NCBI GenBank assembly: GCA_964563085.1
Contig: CAZLVS010000009.1
Coordinates: 14,400 to 78,399, forward strand
Direction: 5' to 3'
Origin: an uncultured Ignavibacteria bacterium
Lineage (GTDB): Bacteria > Zixibacteria > MSB-5A5 > UM-FILTER-46-8
DNA: 64,000 nt
Shown one piece after another: positions 9,407-19,454 of this stretch. The stretch's first letter is position 1. Each line of letters begins with the position of its first letter. The notes under the pieces are model-generated. The model was not told where the DNA came from. It ran no database searches and saw only the letters and a program-made list of their open reading frames with translations. The position numbers and the translations under genes are program-made.

Positions 9407-9487
9407 CATTAGACGATGATGTAAACAGGAATTGTTCGCAATAATAGGGCCGGACATTCCTGACCAGCGAAGAAGTAGTATACATAG

Positions 9488-9617
9488 CGTCAGCCCTGGA
9501 GGGCTGACCGCCGGAATTGAAGCGGTAGGACCGGACATTCTTGTCTGACGGATAACGTATTGAAACCGCGAAGATTTTACATAAAACTACCGAAGGACAA
9601 GCCTTCGGCTGCGGATA
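9488..9617. repeat. REP-like hairpins in the leader of the hdr operon
   Basis: GTCAGCCCTGGAGGGCTGAC; GTAGGACCGGACATTCTTGTC; CCGAAGGACAAGCCTTCGG (same hairpin as 35236, 53576, 56478). Confidence 0.7.
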
Positions 9618-9654
9618 AGAAGAAATGTAACTGATATATGAAATCGAGGAAGAA

Positions 9655-10062
9655 ATGTCTCTTTTAATCGCATTACGCACTATTGATGATGAAATGCGGC
9701 GAAAAATTAAGGAGATCAGCGGTCAGGATATCTCCAAATGCTTCCAATGCGGAACATGTTCGGCATCCTGCCCCATGGAGGAACATCTCCAGGCTCCGCC
9801 TCGCCGTATCATGACTTTGATTCAATTCGGTCAATCGGAAGCTCTCGATTTACTCAACACCCCCTGGGTGTGCGCCTCCTGCCACAACTGCATGGTTCGC
9901 TGCCCCCGCGGGATCGATATCACCAAGGTGATGGAAGCTATCCGGTTGTTAAGACTCCGCCAGAATGTTAACCAGATCGAACCGTCTAACCTGCAGCCTG
10001 AGGAGGTCGTTGAACTCCCTCAGATAGCAATGGTTTCCGGTTTCCGCAAAATGACATCGTGA
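9655..10062 (+). CDS. hdrC: Heterodisulfide reductase subunit C-like 2x[4Fe-4S] protein
   Basis: CFQCGTCSASCP and CASCHNCMVRCP. Confidence 0.85.
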   Translation: MSLLIALRTIDDEMRRKIKEISGQDISKCFQCGTCSASCPMEEHLQAPPRRIMTLIQFGQSEALDLLNTPWVCASCHNCMVRCPRGIDITKVMEAIRLLRLRQNVNQIEPSNLQPEEVVELPQIAMVSGFRKMTS

Positions 10063-10069
10063 GGTGAGT

Positions 10070-10960
10070 ATGAAGTTAGGTTATTATCCGGGATGTACAT
10101 TAAAAACAAAAGCGAAAAATCTCGAGGATTCGGCATTAGCCAGCCTGGAGGTTTTAGGGATCGAGGCGACCGAACTGGAACGATGGAATTGCTGCGGCGC
10201 GGTTTATTCGCTGGCTGATGACGATTTGATCCATATCGTAGCTCCGGTTCGCGACCTTATCCGGGCGCAGCAGCAGGGGTATGACACAGTTGTCACACTT
10301 TGTTCGATGTGTTACAACACATTAGCTCGCGCCAACGAGTTGATGAAAAACGATGAGGAAAAACGCAATACTTTGAACGACTTCATGGACGAGGAACCGG
10401 ATTATTTCGGAGATGTGAAAGTGGTTCATTTCCTCAATTTCCTTGAAGACGAAGTCGGATGGGATAAGGTTAAGGAAGCGGTCAAAGTTCCTCTTAACGG
10501 ACTGAAGGTCGCTCCGTATTACGGCTGCACTTTACTGCGTCCCAAGGAGGTCGGTATCGATCATCCCGACAATCCTGTCATGTTCCATAAGTTCCTGAAT
10601 GCATTGGGCGCCGAGGCGGTCGATTTCGACAGCGCTACCGAATGCTGCAGCGCGTATCAGTCGCTGGCTCATCCTGATATCGCATTGAAAGTTTCCTACG
10701 ATATCCTTCAGGATGCAGCCGGAAAAGGCGCGGAAGCGTTGGCTTTAGCCTGCCCTCTTTGCGATTATAACCTGGGACGCAAGCAGGGGAAGGTGCTGGA
10801 GATGTTCGAAAGCGCTAACGAAGTCCCGATTTATTATTTCACGCAATTGATGGCGGTGGCGTTCGGCGTACCGATCGACAAAAACCATTTTGAATTAAAC
10901 CGGGAGAGTTCGGTAGAACTGCTTAAATCAAAAAATCTGCTGAGCGAAGTTCCCGCATAA
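10070..10960 (+). CDS. hdrB: Heterodisulfide reductase subunit B-like CCG-domain protein
   Basis: YYPGC...WNCCG...CSMC and YYGC...ECCS...CPLC; GAGGTG RBS. Confidence 0.88.
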   Translation: MKLGYYPGCTLKTKAKNLEDSALASLEVLGIEATELERWNCCGAVYSLADDDLIHIVAPVRDLIRAQQQGYDTVVTLCSMCYNTLARANELMKNDEEKRNTLNDFMDEEPDYFGDVKVVHFLNFLEDEVGWDKVKEAVKVPLNGLKVAPYYGCTLLRPKEVGIDHPDNPVMFHKFLNALGAEAVDFDSATECCSAYQSLAHPDIALKVSYDILQDAAGKGAEALALACPLCDYNLGRKQGKVLEMFESANEVPIYYFTQLMAVAFGVPIDKNHFELNRESSVELLKSKNLLSEVPA

Positions 10961-11001
10961 AGTCTGAAATATGTAATATTTGATGATAAGAAGAGGTGAA
11001 T

Positions 11002-11832
11002 ATGAGTAAGAGACCATCAGTTGGAAGCACCGGTGAGGATCGGATTTTTAGAAGATCTATCGCAGGAGGAGGAGCTGAGGGAGGAGCCGCCGAAGTGCCG
11101 GTTGAGGAAATGGAAGCCAAGATGATTCCGATTTACATCATGGGCAAACGATACGAAGTTCCGGAAACATTAACCATAATGAAGGCTATGGAATACGCCG
11201 GATTCCAGTATATCCGCGGATGCGGATGCCGCGGCGGCGTTTGCGGCGCCTGCGCAACTGTTTATCGCAAACCCGGCGATTATAAAATCTACACCGGACT
11301 CGCCTGCCAGACTGTTGTCGAGCCGGAGATGTATTTAACGCAATTACCCTTCTACCCGGCGAACCGCGCCATTTATGAATTTAACGAGTTAACCGGAAGA
11401 CCGGAAGAAGTCCATGCTCTTTATCCGGAGCTGTTCCGATGTGTCGCCTGCAACGCCTGCACCAAGGTCTGCCCGATGGATGTGGAAGTCATGGATTATA
11501 TCGCCGCGGTGAAGCGGGGCGATATGAAGGCAGCGGCGGAGATTTCTTTCGACTGTATTCAATGCGGACTCTGCGCCAGCAGATGTATGGGCGAACTCCC
11601 GCAGTATCATATCGGACAGCTTGTCCGCAGGATCAACGGAGCGTTCCTAACTCCGCGCGCCGAACATCTGGCAACCATGGTCGCCAATATCGAAGCCGGG
11701 CGTTACAAAGAATGCCTGGAAAAAGTTAAGGGGCAGGATGCCGATACGCTGAGGAATATTTATCAGGAGCGCGAACTGGAACCTGCCGTTGCGGGTGAAG
11801 ACTGGACTCCGCAGAGTAAAGAGTGTTTATAA
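11002..11832 (+). CDS. Fumarate reductase/succinate dehydrogenase-type Fe-S subunit ([2Fe-2S] + 2x[4Fe-4S])
   Basis: CRGGVCGAC...LAC, CVACNACTKVCP, CIQCGLCASRC; GAGGTG RBS. Confidence 0.82.
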   Translation: MSKRPSVGSTGEDRIFRRSIAGGGAEGGAAEVPVEEMEAKMIPIYIMGKRYEVPETLTIMKAMEYAGFQYIRGCGCRGGVCGACATVYRKPGDYKIYTGLACQTVVEPEMYLTQLPFYPANRAIYEFNELTGRPEEVHALYPELFRCVACNACTKVCPMDVEVMDYIAAVKRGDMKAAAEISFDCIQCGLCASRCMGELPQYHIGQLVRRINGAFLTPRAEHLATMVANIEAGRYKECLEKVKGQDADTLRNIYQERELEPAVAGEDWTPQSKECL

Positions 11833-11867
11833 TCTTAAAGAAAAGAAATTAGTGTGAGGTTTTATAT

Positions 11868-13538
11868 ATGCCGTACCCAGAGGAACTAAAACAGCTTATT
11901 AAGATAGTGGAAAGCACCCGCGAAGAGAGGGTTGCCCGCAAGAGAAAAAACGAGGAAGTCCCTTTCCTGAGTCTCGATGAACGGAAAGAAATGCTTGCTA
12001 ACCATCCCGATGTGAAAGAAGAGGGAAGACGGGAACTGAAGGTCGGTCCCAGCAAAGGATATCGTATCGCCCACGAGGTGTGCGACCTGCTGGAGGCGAA
12101 AAGCCGCGTGGATCCCAATGCGGTTGACCTTTCCAATCCCGATATCGAAACCGATGTGCTGATAATCGGCGGGGGCGGAGCGGGAACTGCGGCGGCGATT
12201 ATGGCTCAGGAACAAGGCGCCAAGGTCACAATCGCCACTAAGTTGCGTCACGGCGACGCCAACACCATGATGGCCGAGGGCGGAATTCAGTCCGCTACCA
12301 AGGGGCATAAGGATTCGCCGTATTACCATTACCTCGACGTGATGGGCGGCGGTCATTTCGTTAACGATCCCGACCTGGTGGAAACACTGGTAACCAAAGC
12401 TCCCAACGCCATCAAGTGGCTGGAAAGCCTGGGGTGCAATTTCTCCAAGTTCCCGGATGGGACTCTTAAGACTATCCATGGAGGCGGGACTTCCCGTAAG
12501 CGTATGCATTATGCCGCCGATATCACCGGCGCGGAAATGATGCGCACCGTCCGCGATGAAGCTCGCAACCGCGTTAAAGATATCCAGGTTGTGGAATTCT
12601 CCCCGGCGGTGGAGCTTCTGCTCAATGAACATGGCAATTCCGCCGGCGCAGTATTGTACAATCTTGACACCGAGGAATACGTGGTAGCCAAGGCGAAATC
12701 TGTAGTGATGGCTACCGGCGGCTGCGGTCGTTTGCATATCCAGGGGTTTATGACCACCAACCATTACGGCGCAACCGCTGACGGTATCGTACTCGGTTAT
12801 CGCGCCGGAGTGAAGATCTGTTTCCTGCATACCGTGCAGTATCACCCCACCGGTATCGTATTCCCGGAGCAGGCGGAAGGAATTTTGATTACCGAGAAAT
12901 TCCGCGGTTCGGGCGCTAACTTAGTCAACGTTGATGGCCAGCAGTTCGTTAACGAACGCGAACCGCGCGATGTGGAAGCCGCCGCTATCATCAAGGAATG
13001 CGTCGGGCAGGGCAAGGGAGTTCCCACTCCCACCGGTAAGCTGGGTATCTGGCTTGATTCGCCGATGATCGATATGCTGGAAGGCGAAGGAACCGTGGAA
13101 CGTGAATTCCCCGGAAAATTCATCCTGTTCAAGCGCTACGGAATCGATATCTCCAAGGAACCGATGTTGATCTATCCCACGCTGCATTATCAGAACGGCG
13201 GACTGGAATTCAAGAACACCGGCGAGACAGCGGTACCGGGTCTGTTCGCAGCCGGAGAGGTCGGCGGAGGTATCCACGGCGAAAATCGTTTGATGGGTAA
13301 TTCGCTTCTGGATATTATGGTTTTCGGAAGGATCGCGGGCGAAACCGCCGCCAGGTACGCTAAGGAAAAAGCGAACGGCAGCAAGCTCTCGCTGGAGCAT
13401 GTTGAGAAATACAACAAAGAGATAGAAGAAGCGGGAGTCGGCGACGGACGCGTAGCCCCGATGATACTCCCCAACTACACCGATGAACGTATCCGCCAAA
13501 GACAACTCACCGCCCATTACGTGGGAACCATAAGGTAG
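11868..13538 (+). CDS. FrdA/SdhA/TfrA-family flavoprotein
   Basis: GGGGAG FAD motif, MAEGG, HGGGTS, QYHPTG, ITE..RG, EPRD, HYQNGG, HGENRLMGNSL. Confidence 0.88.
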   Translation: MPYPEELKQLIKIVESTREERVARKRKNEEVPFLSLDERKEMLANHPDVKEEGRRELKVGPSKGYRIAHEVCDLLEAKSRVDPNAVDLSNPDIETDVLIIGGGGAGTAAAIMAQEQGAKVTIATKLRHGDANTMMAEGGIQSATKGHKDSPYYHYLDVMGGGHFVNDPDLVETLVTKAPNAIKWLESLGCNFSKFPDGTLKTIHGGGTSRKRMHYAADITGAEMMRTVRDEARNRVKDIQVVEFSPAVELLLNEHGNSAGAVLYNLDTEEYVVAKAKSVVMATGGCGRLHIQGFMTTNHYGATADGIVLGYRAGVKICFLHTVQYHPTGIVFPEQAEGILITEKFRGSGANLVNVDGQQFVNEREPRDVEAAAIIKECVGQGKGVPTPTGKLGIWLDSPMIDMLEGEGTVEREFPGKFILFKRYGIDISKEPMLIYPTLHYQNGGLEFKNTGETAVPGLFAAGEVGGGIHGENRLMGNSLLDIMVFGRIAGETAARYAKEKANGSKLSLEHVEKYNKEIEEAGVGDGRVAPMILPNYTDERIRQRQLTAHYVGTIR

Positions 13539-13561
13539 AATTCAATTACCTCTTTCAATAT

Positions 13562-13592
13562 AAAACCGCCGCAATGTTGCGGCGGTTTTTTT
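13562..13592 (+). terminator. Rho-independent terminator (probably bidirectional)
   Basis: AAAACCGCCGCAA-TG-TTGCGGCGGTTTT perfect stem followed by T-run, after the flavoprotein stop. Confidence 0.9.
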
Positions 13593-13607
13593 ATTATGAA
13601 TAGCGCT

Positions 13608-14054
13608 GTCGGGTCGCCGTACCCGACGGCAGTCATTGCCCGATTTCATCGGGGCGCAGCGAAGAAGCAATCTAATTCCCCTCTTAAGAGGGGTGGATTC
13701 ATCCCGCGGTATGCGGGATGAAGACGGGGTGTGTTATATTTTTTCCCGCAGGTCAGCGCTCCAGCGCTGACGGTTCTCCGCCGACAAGAATGTCGGCGCT
13801 ACCGGTAGGCAGCAGTCAACATCCGGTAGGATTGACATTCTTGTCCAGCATTAAATCTATAAAATTGTCGGGTTTCTGCGCTTCGTTCCGGAACCCGACC
13901 CGCTTCGCCGAATAGTAGGCGGGACATTCCTGTCCCGCTCATACTTGACGCCTTCTGTCAGACGGGGGCGTCTGACCGCACCAAAGAGCGCCCTCGGCAA
14001 GCTTCGGGCTCGCAATGACTTCTATTTCCGTCATTGTCCCGATTTCATCGGGGA
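13608..14054. repeat. Dense mosaic REP cassette (about ten different hairpins)
   Basis: GTCGGGTCGCCGTACCCGAC, CCCGATTTCATCGGG, CCCCTCTTAAGAGGGG, TTCATCCCGC..GCGGGATGAA, GTCAGCGCTCCAGCGCTGAC, CGCCGACAAGAATGTCGGCG, GCGGGACATTCCTGTCCCGC, GTCAGACGGGGGCGTCTGAC, ...CTCGCAATGAC. Confidence 0.85.
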
Positions 14055-14082
14055 GCTTCGGCAGGGCTTTGACCTATTTTCA

Positions 14083-15345
14083 CTAATATTCCCAGCGTTT
14101 GAATTTGCTGATTAAGTAGGATTTGGTATTCTCAAACTCCTCGGCTTGCGCTTCGATATACGCTTCGGCTTCATCCTCGGTTTTATCCTTAACCTCTTCG
14201 CAATAGGAAGCGGTATGACCGAAATAAAGCGGTGTGATAATGTCGACCAGGCGCCTGCGGTTGCGATTCCACAATTGGTAGATATAAGCGAAATCATACA
14301 GCACCTTCGCCCACAGATGAGGAGGGAAGTCCATGGATGCTCCATTTTTCATATCGACTGCGATTTTCTTAAGCTGTTCGAAAGTATCATCGCTTAGAAC
14401 TTCGCTGTAAAATGATTCGAAATGTCGAAAACCTTCGGTGAACTCCTCCACTAAACGATGCCGACTTACCGGTACCGGCAGTACTTTCGCTTCCTCGCCA
14501 TGATTGGTCATGATGTCGATAGGTTTGCTGCCTTGAGCTGCGATCCAGTTTCTTTCGTACTCCCCCATCAGATAAAAAAGCGTGCTCACTACCTGGTAAA
14601 ACATAGGTCCCAGGTCTGCTGCCGGGTCTTTGGCGTTATGAATCTTTGCGCCGAGTTCAGCTTGAACCGCAGTATAGCCTTCGTTAATCGCTGTGGTTGT
14701 CATCCAGATATCGATACCGAATTTGGCTACGTCGGTATCCCATATCTTTCTGCTGGCATAAAGGCTGGCTAATTCGCCGCAGAATCCGAAGTCTCCGCCG
14801 ATCGGTTGACGTATTCGCTGTCCGTAAAGAGCGCGTGTCATAGGGTAAATTATATGGTTAGTGATGGTGCCGTCGAATTTATGCCTGCGATAATATGGAG
14901 TTACATAACCGGCTTTTTTCTCGATAATCGGTTGGACAAGCAGTTTTACCCATTCCGGCGTAATCGAGCGGAGGTCGGAATCGAAGACCGCACAAGCTTC
15001 GGCGCCAAGTCGATGAGCGGCTTCGAAGATAGCGCGCAGTGATGTTCCCTTGCCCGGGAGACCCCGATATATAGCGACACATCGTTTTACTCCATCCGGT
15101 ATTTTGGCGTTTCGAGCGACCTCACGGGTATCATCGAGAGACCCGCCGTCGGAGATAAAAATAGCGCTCTTTTTATCGGGAAAGTGTTTTGTTAATCCTT
15201 CACCCGCAACGCTGATTACGTTTGCGATAGTATCGTCGTTGTTAAAGGTCGGGATGCCGACAAGAATACTTACATCTTTTAACTCTCCAATCCAATCTTT
15301 CACATCGTTTCTAATTGATGTATCGAACTGCTTGGTTAACGGCAT
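14083..15345 (-). CDS. Glucosylglycerate/mannosylglycerate synthase-like glycosyltransferase (Ggs-like)
   Basis: VGIPTFNN, GKGTSLRAIF, FDSDLRSITPEW, DGTITNHIIYP, IRQPIGGDFG, FGIDIWMT. Confidence 0.7.
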   Translation of the reverse strand: MPLTKQFDTSIRNDVKDWIGELKDVSILVGIPTFNNDDTIANVISVAGEGLTKHFPDKKSAIFISDGGSLDDTREVARNAKIPDGVKRCVAIYRGLPGKGTSLRAIFEAAHRLGAEACAVFDSDLRSITPEWVKLLVQPIIEKKAGYVTPYYRRHKFDGTITNHIIYPMTRALYGQRIRQPIGGDFGFCGELASLYASRKIWDTDVAKFGIDIWMTTTAINEGYTAVQAELGAKIHNAKDPAADLGPMFYQVVSTLFYLMGEYERNWIAAQGSKPIDIMTNHGEEAKVLPVPVSRHRLVEEFTEGFRHFESFYSEVLSDDTFEQLKKIAVDMKNGASMDFPPHLWAKVLYDFAYIYQLWNRNRRRLVDIITPLYFGHTASYCEEVKDKTEDEAEAYIEAQAEEFENTKSYLISKFKRWEY

Positions 15346-15444
15346 AAAACACTCTCCTCCAGATAAATCAAAAAAACCCCTCAGTTGCGAAGAAATCTCA
15401 GTGACTTTAATTTAGAAAAAAATAGCTCGATGTAAAGATATTTT

Positions 15445-17919
15445 CTAAAAATCTTGAAGCTCCACGCTCCTTAACCTCAGCGAATTGCTTACAACAAACA
15501 CTGAAGACATTGCCATAGCTAATGACGCAATCATGGGATCAAGCAAAAGACCCCAGACGGGATAAAGAGCTCCGGCAGCTATCGGTATCCCAGCGACATT
15601 ATAAGCAAAAGCCCAAAAGAGATTCCATTTAATTGTCCTTATTGTTTTCTTCGACAATTCTACGGATCGTATTACGTCAAAAAGATCGTCTTTTATAAGG
15701 GTAACATCCGATGCTTCTAAGGCTATATCGGTCCCGCTGCCGATGGCTATGCCGACATCCGCCTGAACCAAGGCAACAGCATCGTTTATTCCGTCTCCGA
15801 CCATCGCAACGGATTTACCATTAGCCTGCAATTCCTTTATAGCCTCAGCCTTCTCATCCGGTTTGACTTCCGCCAGGGAAGTATCCATACGCAGTTCTCG
15901 AGAAACCGCCTCAGCGGTGGCTTTGTTATCTCCGGTCATTAGGACCAATTCAAATCCCATTTTCTTCAGTCTTTCCATAACCGTTCCGGAATTATCTCTG
16001 ATGGTATCAGCAACCGCTATCAGACCCGCTAATTGCCCGTCGATAGATAAAAACAAAACGGTTTTGCCTTGCGAGGAAAGTTTCTCATAATTTTGCTCAA
16101 GGGATTCGAAATCAACGAAATTGGATTTCATAAAACTTGCGCTGCCCAGAGACATTTCCATATTGAAAAGAGTCCCCCTGATACCGTGCCCCGGAACCGC
16201 TTCGAATTTATCGGGTTCCACCGGATTGATATTCCTTTTGGAAGCCTCGTTTAAGATTGCAGCCGCCAATGGATGCTCAGATGCTTTTTCCAGTGATGCG
16301 GTATACAGAAGCAGATCGTTTTCGGTGAAATTACGATTGGCAGCAATATCCGTGACTTGCGGAACGCCCCTGGTTAGGGTGCCGGTTTTATCGAAAACGA
16401 TGGTGTCAACTTTGTGGAGATTCTCCAGTATCTCACCGCCTTTTATCAGGATACCGTTTTCGGCGCCTTTGCCGGTTCCGACCATGATCGCAGTGGGAGT
16501 TGCCAGACCCAATGCGCAAGGACAGGCGATAATCAAAACAGCGATAAAATTAAGCAATGCGAATCTGGATGCCGGTTGAGGTCCCCATATCATCCATATA
16601 AGCAGAGTGATCAGCGCCAGCCCCACCACAATCGGGACGAATATCGATGCGATCTTATCAGCTATCCTCTGAATCGGCGCTTTGCTCCCCTGAGCCTCCT
16701 TCACCATCTTGATAATCCTGGAGAGCGTGGTGTCCGCTCCCACCCGGGTAGCGCGATATTGAATACTGCCGTTTTTGTTTAAGGTGCCGCCGATTACCTC
16801 GCTTCCTTCGGTTTTTTCCACCGGAATACTCTCCCCGGTTATCATCGATTCATCGACTGATGAGAAACCCTTAACCACCATGCCGTCCACAGGTAATCTC
16901 TCGCCAGGGCGTATCTGTATGATATCACCCTTCTCGATTTCGGATATGTTAATTTCCTCTTCCTCCCCATTTCGTATCACTCGCGCCGTTTTAGGTTTTA
17001 AACCAATCAATTTCTTTACCGCATCGGAGGTATGACCTTTTGCCCTGGCTTCAAGCAGTCGCCCGAATAGGATCAGTGTTATGATTACCGCTGCTGTGTC
17101 ATAGTAAACATGAACTTCCTGCCCAATCGAGGTGATAAATTCAGGAAAAAAAGTAGCGAAAACGCTATAGAAATAGGCAGCGGATGTCCCCACTGCTATT
17201 AGTGTATTCATATCCGCTGAAAAGTGTTTTAATGCATTCCGGAATCCTCCGTAAAACTGTGCCCCCGCCCAGAACTGTACCGGAGTTCCCAGCGCTAATA
17301 GTATGTAAAACATGTAATTACGCGGGATACCCGAAATGATGGGGAAAAGATGGTTAAGGGAACCGATTAGAATAAGCCCGGTAAGGATTGCGGATACGGT
17401 CAGTTTGCGTTTTAAATTTCGATAGTAATCCTCACGGGCTTTCTGATGAGGATCTTCGTCTTCCTCCTCTTCCTCCGATGACTCTGCTACCCCATAACCT
17501 GCATCGGCGATGGCCTCTTTAATTGCTCCCATACCGGCTTCGGATGGAATGTACTCAACGGTAGCGGTTTCGGTTGTTAGGTTCACAGATACCGAAATCA
17601 CTCCTTTGAGCTCCGATAATGATCTCTCGACATTTTTCACGCAGCTTGCGCAAGACATACCGGAGACTGGAATATCTTTTTTTGCTGCCGGAACTTTATA
17701 TCCGGCATTCTGAATAGCTTCTTTAATTCCGCCAATATTTTGACTCGAAGGATCATATTTGACGGATGCCGTCTCCGAGGATAGATTAACCGTAACTTCC
17801 TTTACGCCGCTTAACTTCTGTATCGCAGTCTCAACGCTCTTAACGCATCCGGCGCATGACATACCATGCACCGGTAATTCTATGTTTTTCGTATTATTCT
17901 TAGTTTTCTCTGTAGCCAT
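15445..17919 (-). CDS. copA: Cu(I)-translocating P1B-type ATPase
   Basis: Two HMA domains (GMSCAGC, GMSCASC), TGES, CPC, DKTGT, HP, GDGIND, YN and MAMSS. Confidence 0.95.
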   Translation of the reverse strand: MATEKTKNNTKNIELPVHGMSCAGCVKSVETAIQKLSGVKEVTVNLSSETASVKYDPSSQNIGGIKEAIQNAGYKVPAAKKDIPVSGMSCASCVKNVERSLSELKGVISVSVNLTTETATVEYIPSEAGMGAIKEAIADAGYGVAESSEEEEEDEDPHQKAREDYYRNLKRKLTVSAILTGLILIGSLNHLFPIISGIPRNYMFYILLALGTPVQFWAGAQFYGGFRNALKHFSADMNTLIAVGTSAAYFYSVFATFFPEFITSIGQEVHVYYDTAAVIITLILFGRLLEARAKGHTSDAVKKLIGLKPKTARVIRNGEEEEINISEIEKGDIIQIRPGERLPVDGMVVKGFSSVDESMITGESIPVEKTEGSEVIGGTLNKNGSIQYRATRVGADTTLSRIIKMVKEAQGSKAPIQRIADKIASIFVPIVVGLALITLLIWMIWGPQPASRFALLNFIAVLIIACPCALGLATPTAIMVGTGKGAENGILIKGGEILENLHKVDTIVFDKTGTLTRGVPQVTDIAANRNFTENDLLLYTASLEKASEHPLAAAILNEASKRNINPVEPDKFEAVPGHGIRGTLFNMEMSLGSASFMKSNFVDFESLEQNYEKLSSQGKTVLFLSIDGQLAGLIAVADTIRDNSGTVMERLKKMGFELVLMTGDNKATAEAVSRELRMDTSLAEVKPDEKAEAIKELQANGKSVAMVGDGINDAVALVQADVGIAIGSGTDIALEASDVTLIKDDLFDVIRSVELSKKTIRTIKWNLFWAFAYNVAGIPIAAGALYPVWGLLLDPMIASLAMAMSSVFVVSNSLRLRSVELQDF

Positions 17920-18017
17920 TTTATTATTTCCATGTATATAGTCAGGTATTCTTATTAGAACGCTTTAGTTGTTATACTTGTTCCGAGATAAGACGGGAGG
18001 GGAATATACTTTACTTA

Positions 18018-18314
18018 GGTGCGGTCAGGCGTCCGCGTCTGACCGAAGGCGTCAAGCGGGGACGTTTGACGCCACGTACAAAGTCGCAGTGTCGGGTTTT
18101 TCGTGAGCTTCGCTCGCAATGACCGACGGGTGCGGCGGAAACTGTCTCATAACGTCCAAGAGATTGCTTCGTCGCTTCGCTCCGCGCCGTGTCCCGATGC
18201 AATCGGGGCAATGACGGGGATGGAAGTCATTGCGAGCCCGAGGCTTGCCGAAGGCGCGGCAATCTCCTGTTCTCATGCAATACCTCAAATTAGGATTTTG
18301 AGGCAGCCTCGCGG
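18018..18314. repeat. REP-like palindrome cassette
   Basis: 18018-18072 is the reverse complement of the 6593-6647 module; 18226-18302 matches the reverse complement of 51465-51544. Confidence 0.85.
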
Positions 18315-18552
18315 CGACCCTACGGCAGACAGGATATCTTGGGGGCAAGCACACCACGGAGGCGCCATGCCGGTTTAATTTACCATTATATCACAATTTC
18401 TGCTTTACAATCGCCCGAGTTTGGTTTAATTTATGATCCGATATTATTATAAAAGACTACAGCTTAAGGGTTGTCTTACAATGCCGAATAATAAAATAGA
18501 TGAGCTTTAATCCAAGCTGTAAATTTTTCGAAATCTTATTTAGGAGAGCGAG

Positions 18553-19254
18553 ATGAATGATATCAAAATCTCATTGGATACAATCGGGGACGATAACGAA
18601 ATAACGCTGGTGCGTGTCGACGGCGTCATCGATACCATGACCGCCACGGAGTTGGAAAAGGTCATAAGCTCTCTTTTGGAACAGAAACGATTTAATATAA
18701 TCATCGATCTTGCAGGGGTGGATTATATATCATCCGCCGGATGGGGGATATTTATCTCGAACATCCGCGAAATCAGGCAGCAGTCCGGCGATATAAAATT
18801 AGCCCGGATGATAGCGAATGTGTATGAGATATTTGAATTGCTGGAATTTGACAGCATATTAAAGGCTTTTGATAATCTTGATGATGCAAAGGCTGATTTC
18901 GCCAGTCCACCCACATTTAAAGCATCTTCCGATTCAGGCGATTCCAGCCCGAGCGATGAAGAAGGTGAATCGGATGAGAGGGACTCCGATTCGGGCGAAT
19001 CCGAGTTCAAAAGCGCTGCGGGTGCGCAGGGCTCTCAGGAGATAAGCAGCCCGATTATGGATATGAGTTTCGATGACAAGATTAAGAACATCATCAAGAA
19101 TGATCCGTTTCTCAGCATTGGTGATATCAAACACGAGTTGAACTCCGATACTTATGGTGAAGAATCCGTGGGTTGGTGGGGGGTACTCAAATGGCTATTG
19201 GAGAATAATATGACTTCTCGCAAGAGTAGATATCGCAATAGCCAGGAGTGGTAG
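18553..19254 (+). CDS. STAS-domain anti-sigma-factor antagonist with acidic linker and C-terminal helical domain
   Basis: GGAG RBS; IDLAGVDYISSAGWG STAS motif; S/D/E-rich linker. Confidence 0.85.
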   Translation: MNDIKISLDTIGDDNEITLVRVDGVIDTMTATELEKVISSLLEQKRFNIIIDLAGVDYISSAGWGIFISNIREIRQQSGDIKLARMIANVYEIFELLEFDSILKAFDNLDDAKADFASPPTFKASSDSGDSSPSDEEGESDERDSDSGESEFKSAAGAQGSQEISSPIMDMSFDDKIKNIIKNDPFLSIGDIKHELNSDTYGEESVGWWGVLKWLLENNMTSRKSRYRNSQEW

Positions 19255-19454
19255 TAGTCGATAATAGCTTGAGCGGTTCTTAAAACTCATCTAATCGAAA
19301 AGGTGAGTTATGATATTGGGAATAATTAGAATAAACTGACGGCATTCCGGCGTCCGCTGCAGCGGATCGACGCTAATGGATAAAATGCTAATTCCCCGTT
19401 AATTGTTATAGGGTGGCGGCGCTCTTGTCTGAACTCGATATTTGAAGGAATTGA

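Noticed and set aside
11002-11110. RR in the N-terminal extension of the Fe-S subunit (IFRRSIAGG) as a Tat signal
   Set aside because: Lacks the S/T-R-R-x-F-L-K consensus and any hydrophobic h-region; followed by acidic low-complexity sequence.
11886-13517. Long minus-strand ORFs (319 and 198 aa) over the flavoprotein
   Set aside because: Antisense to a well-supported gene; no motifs.
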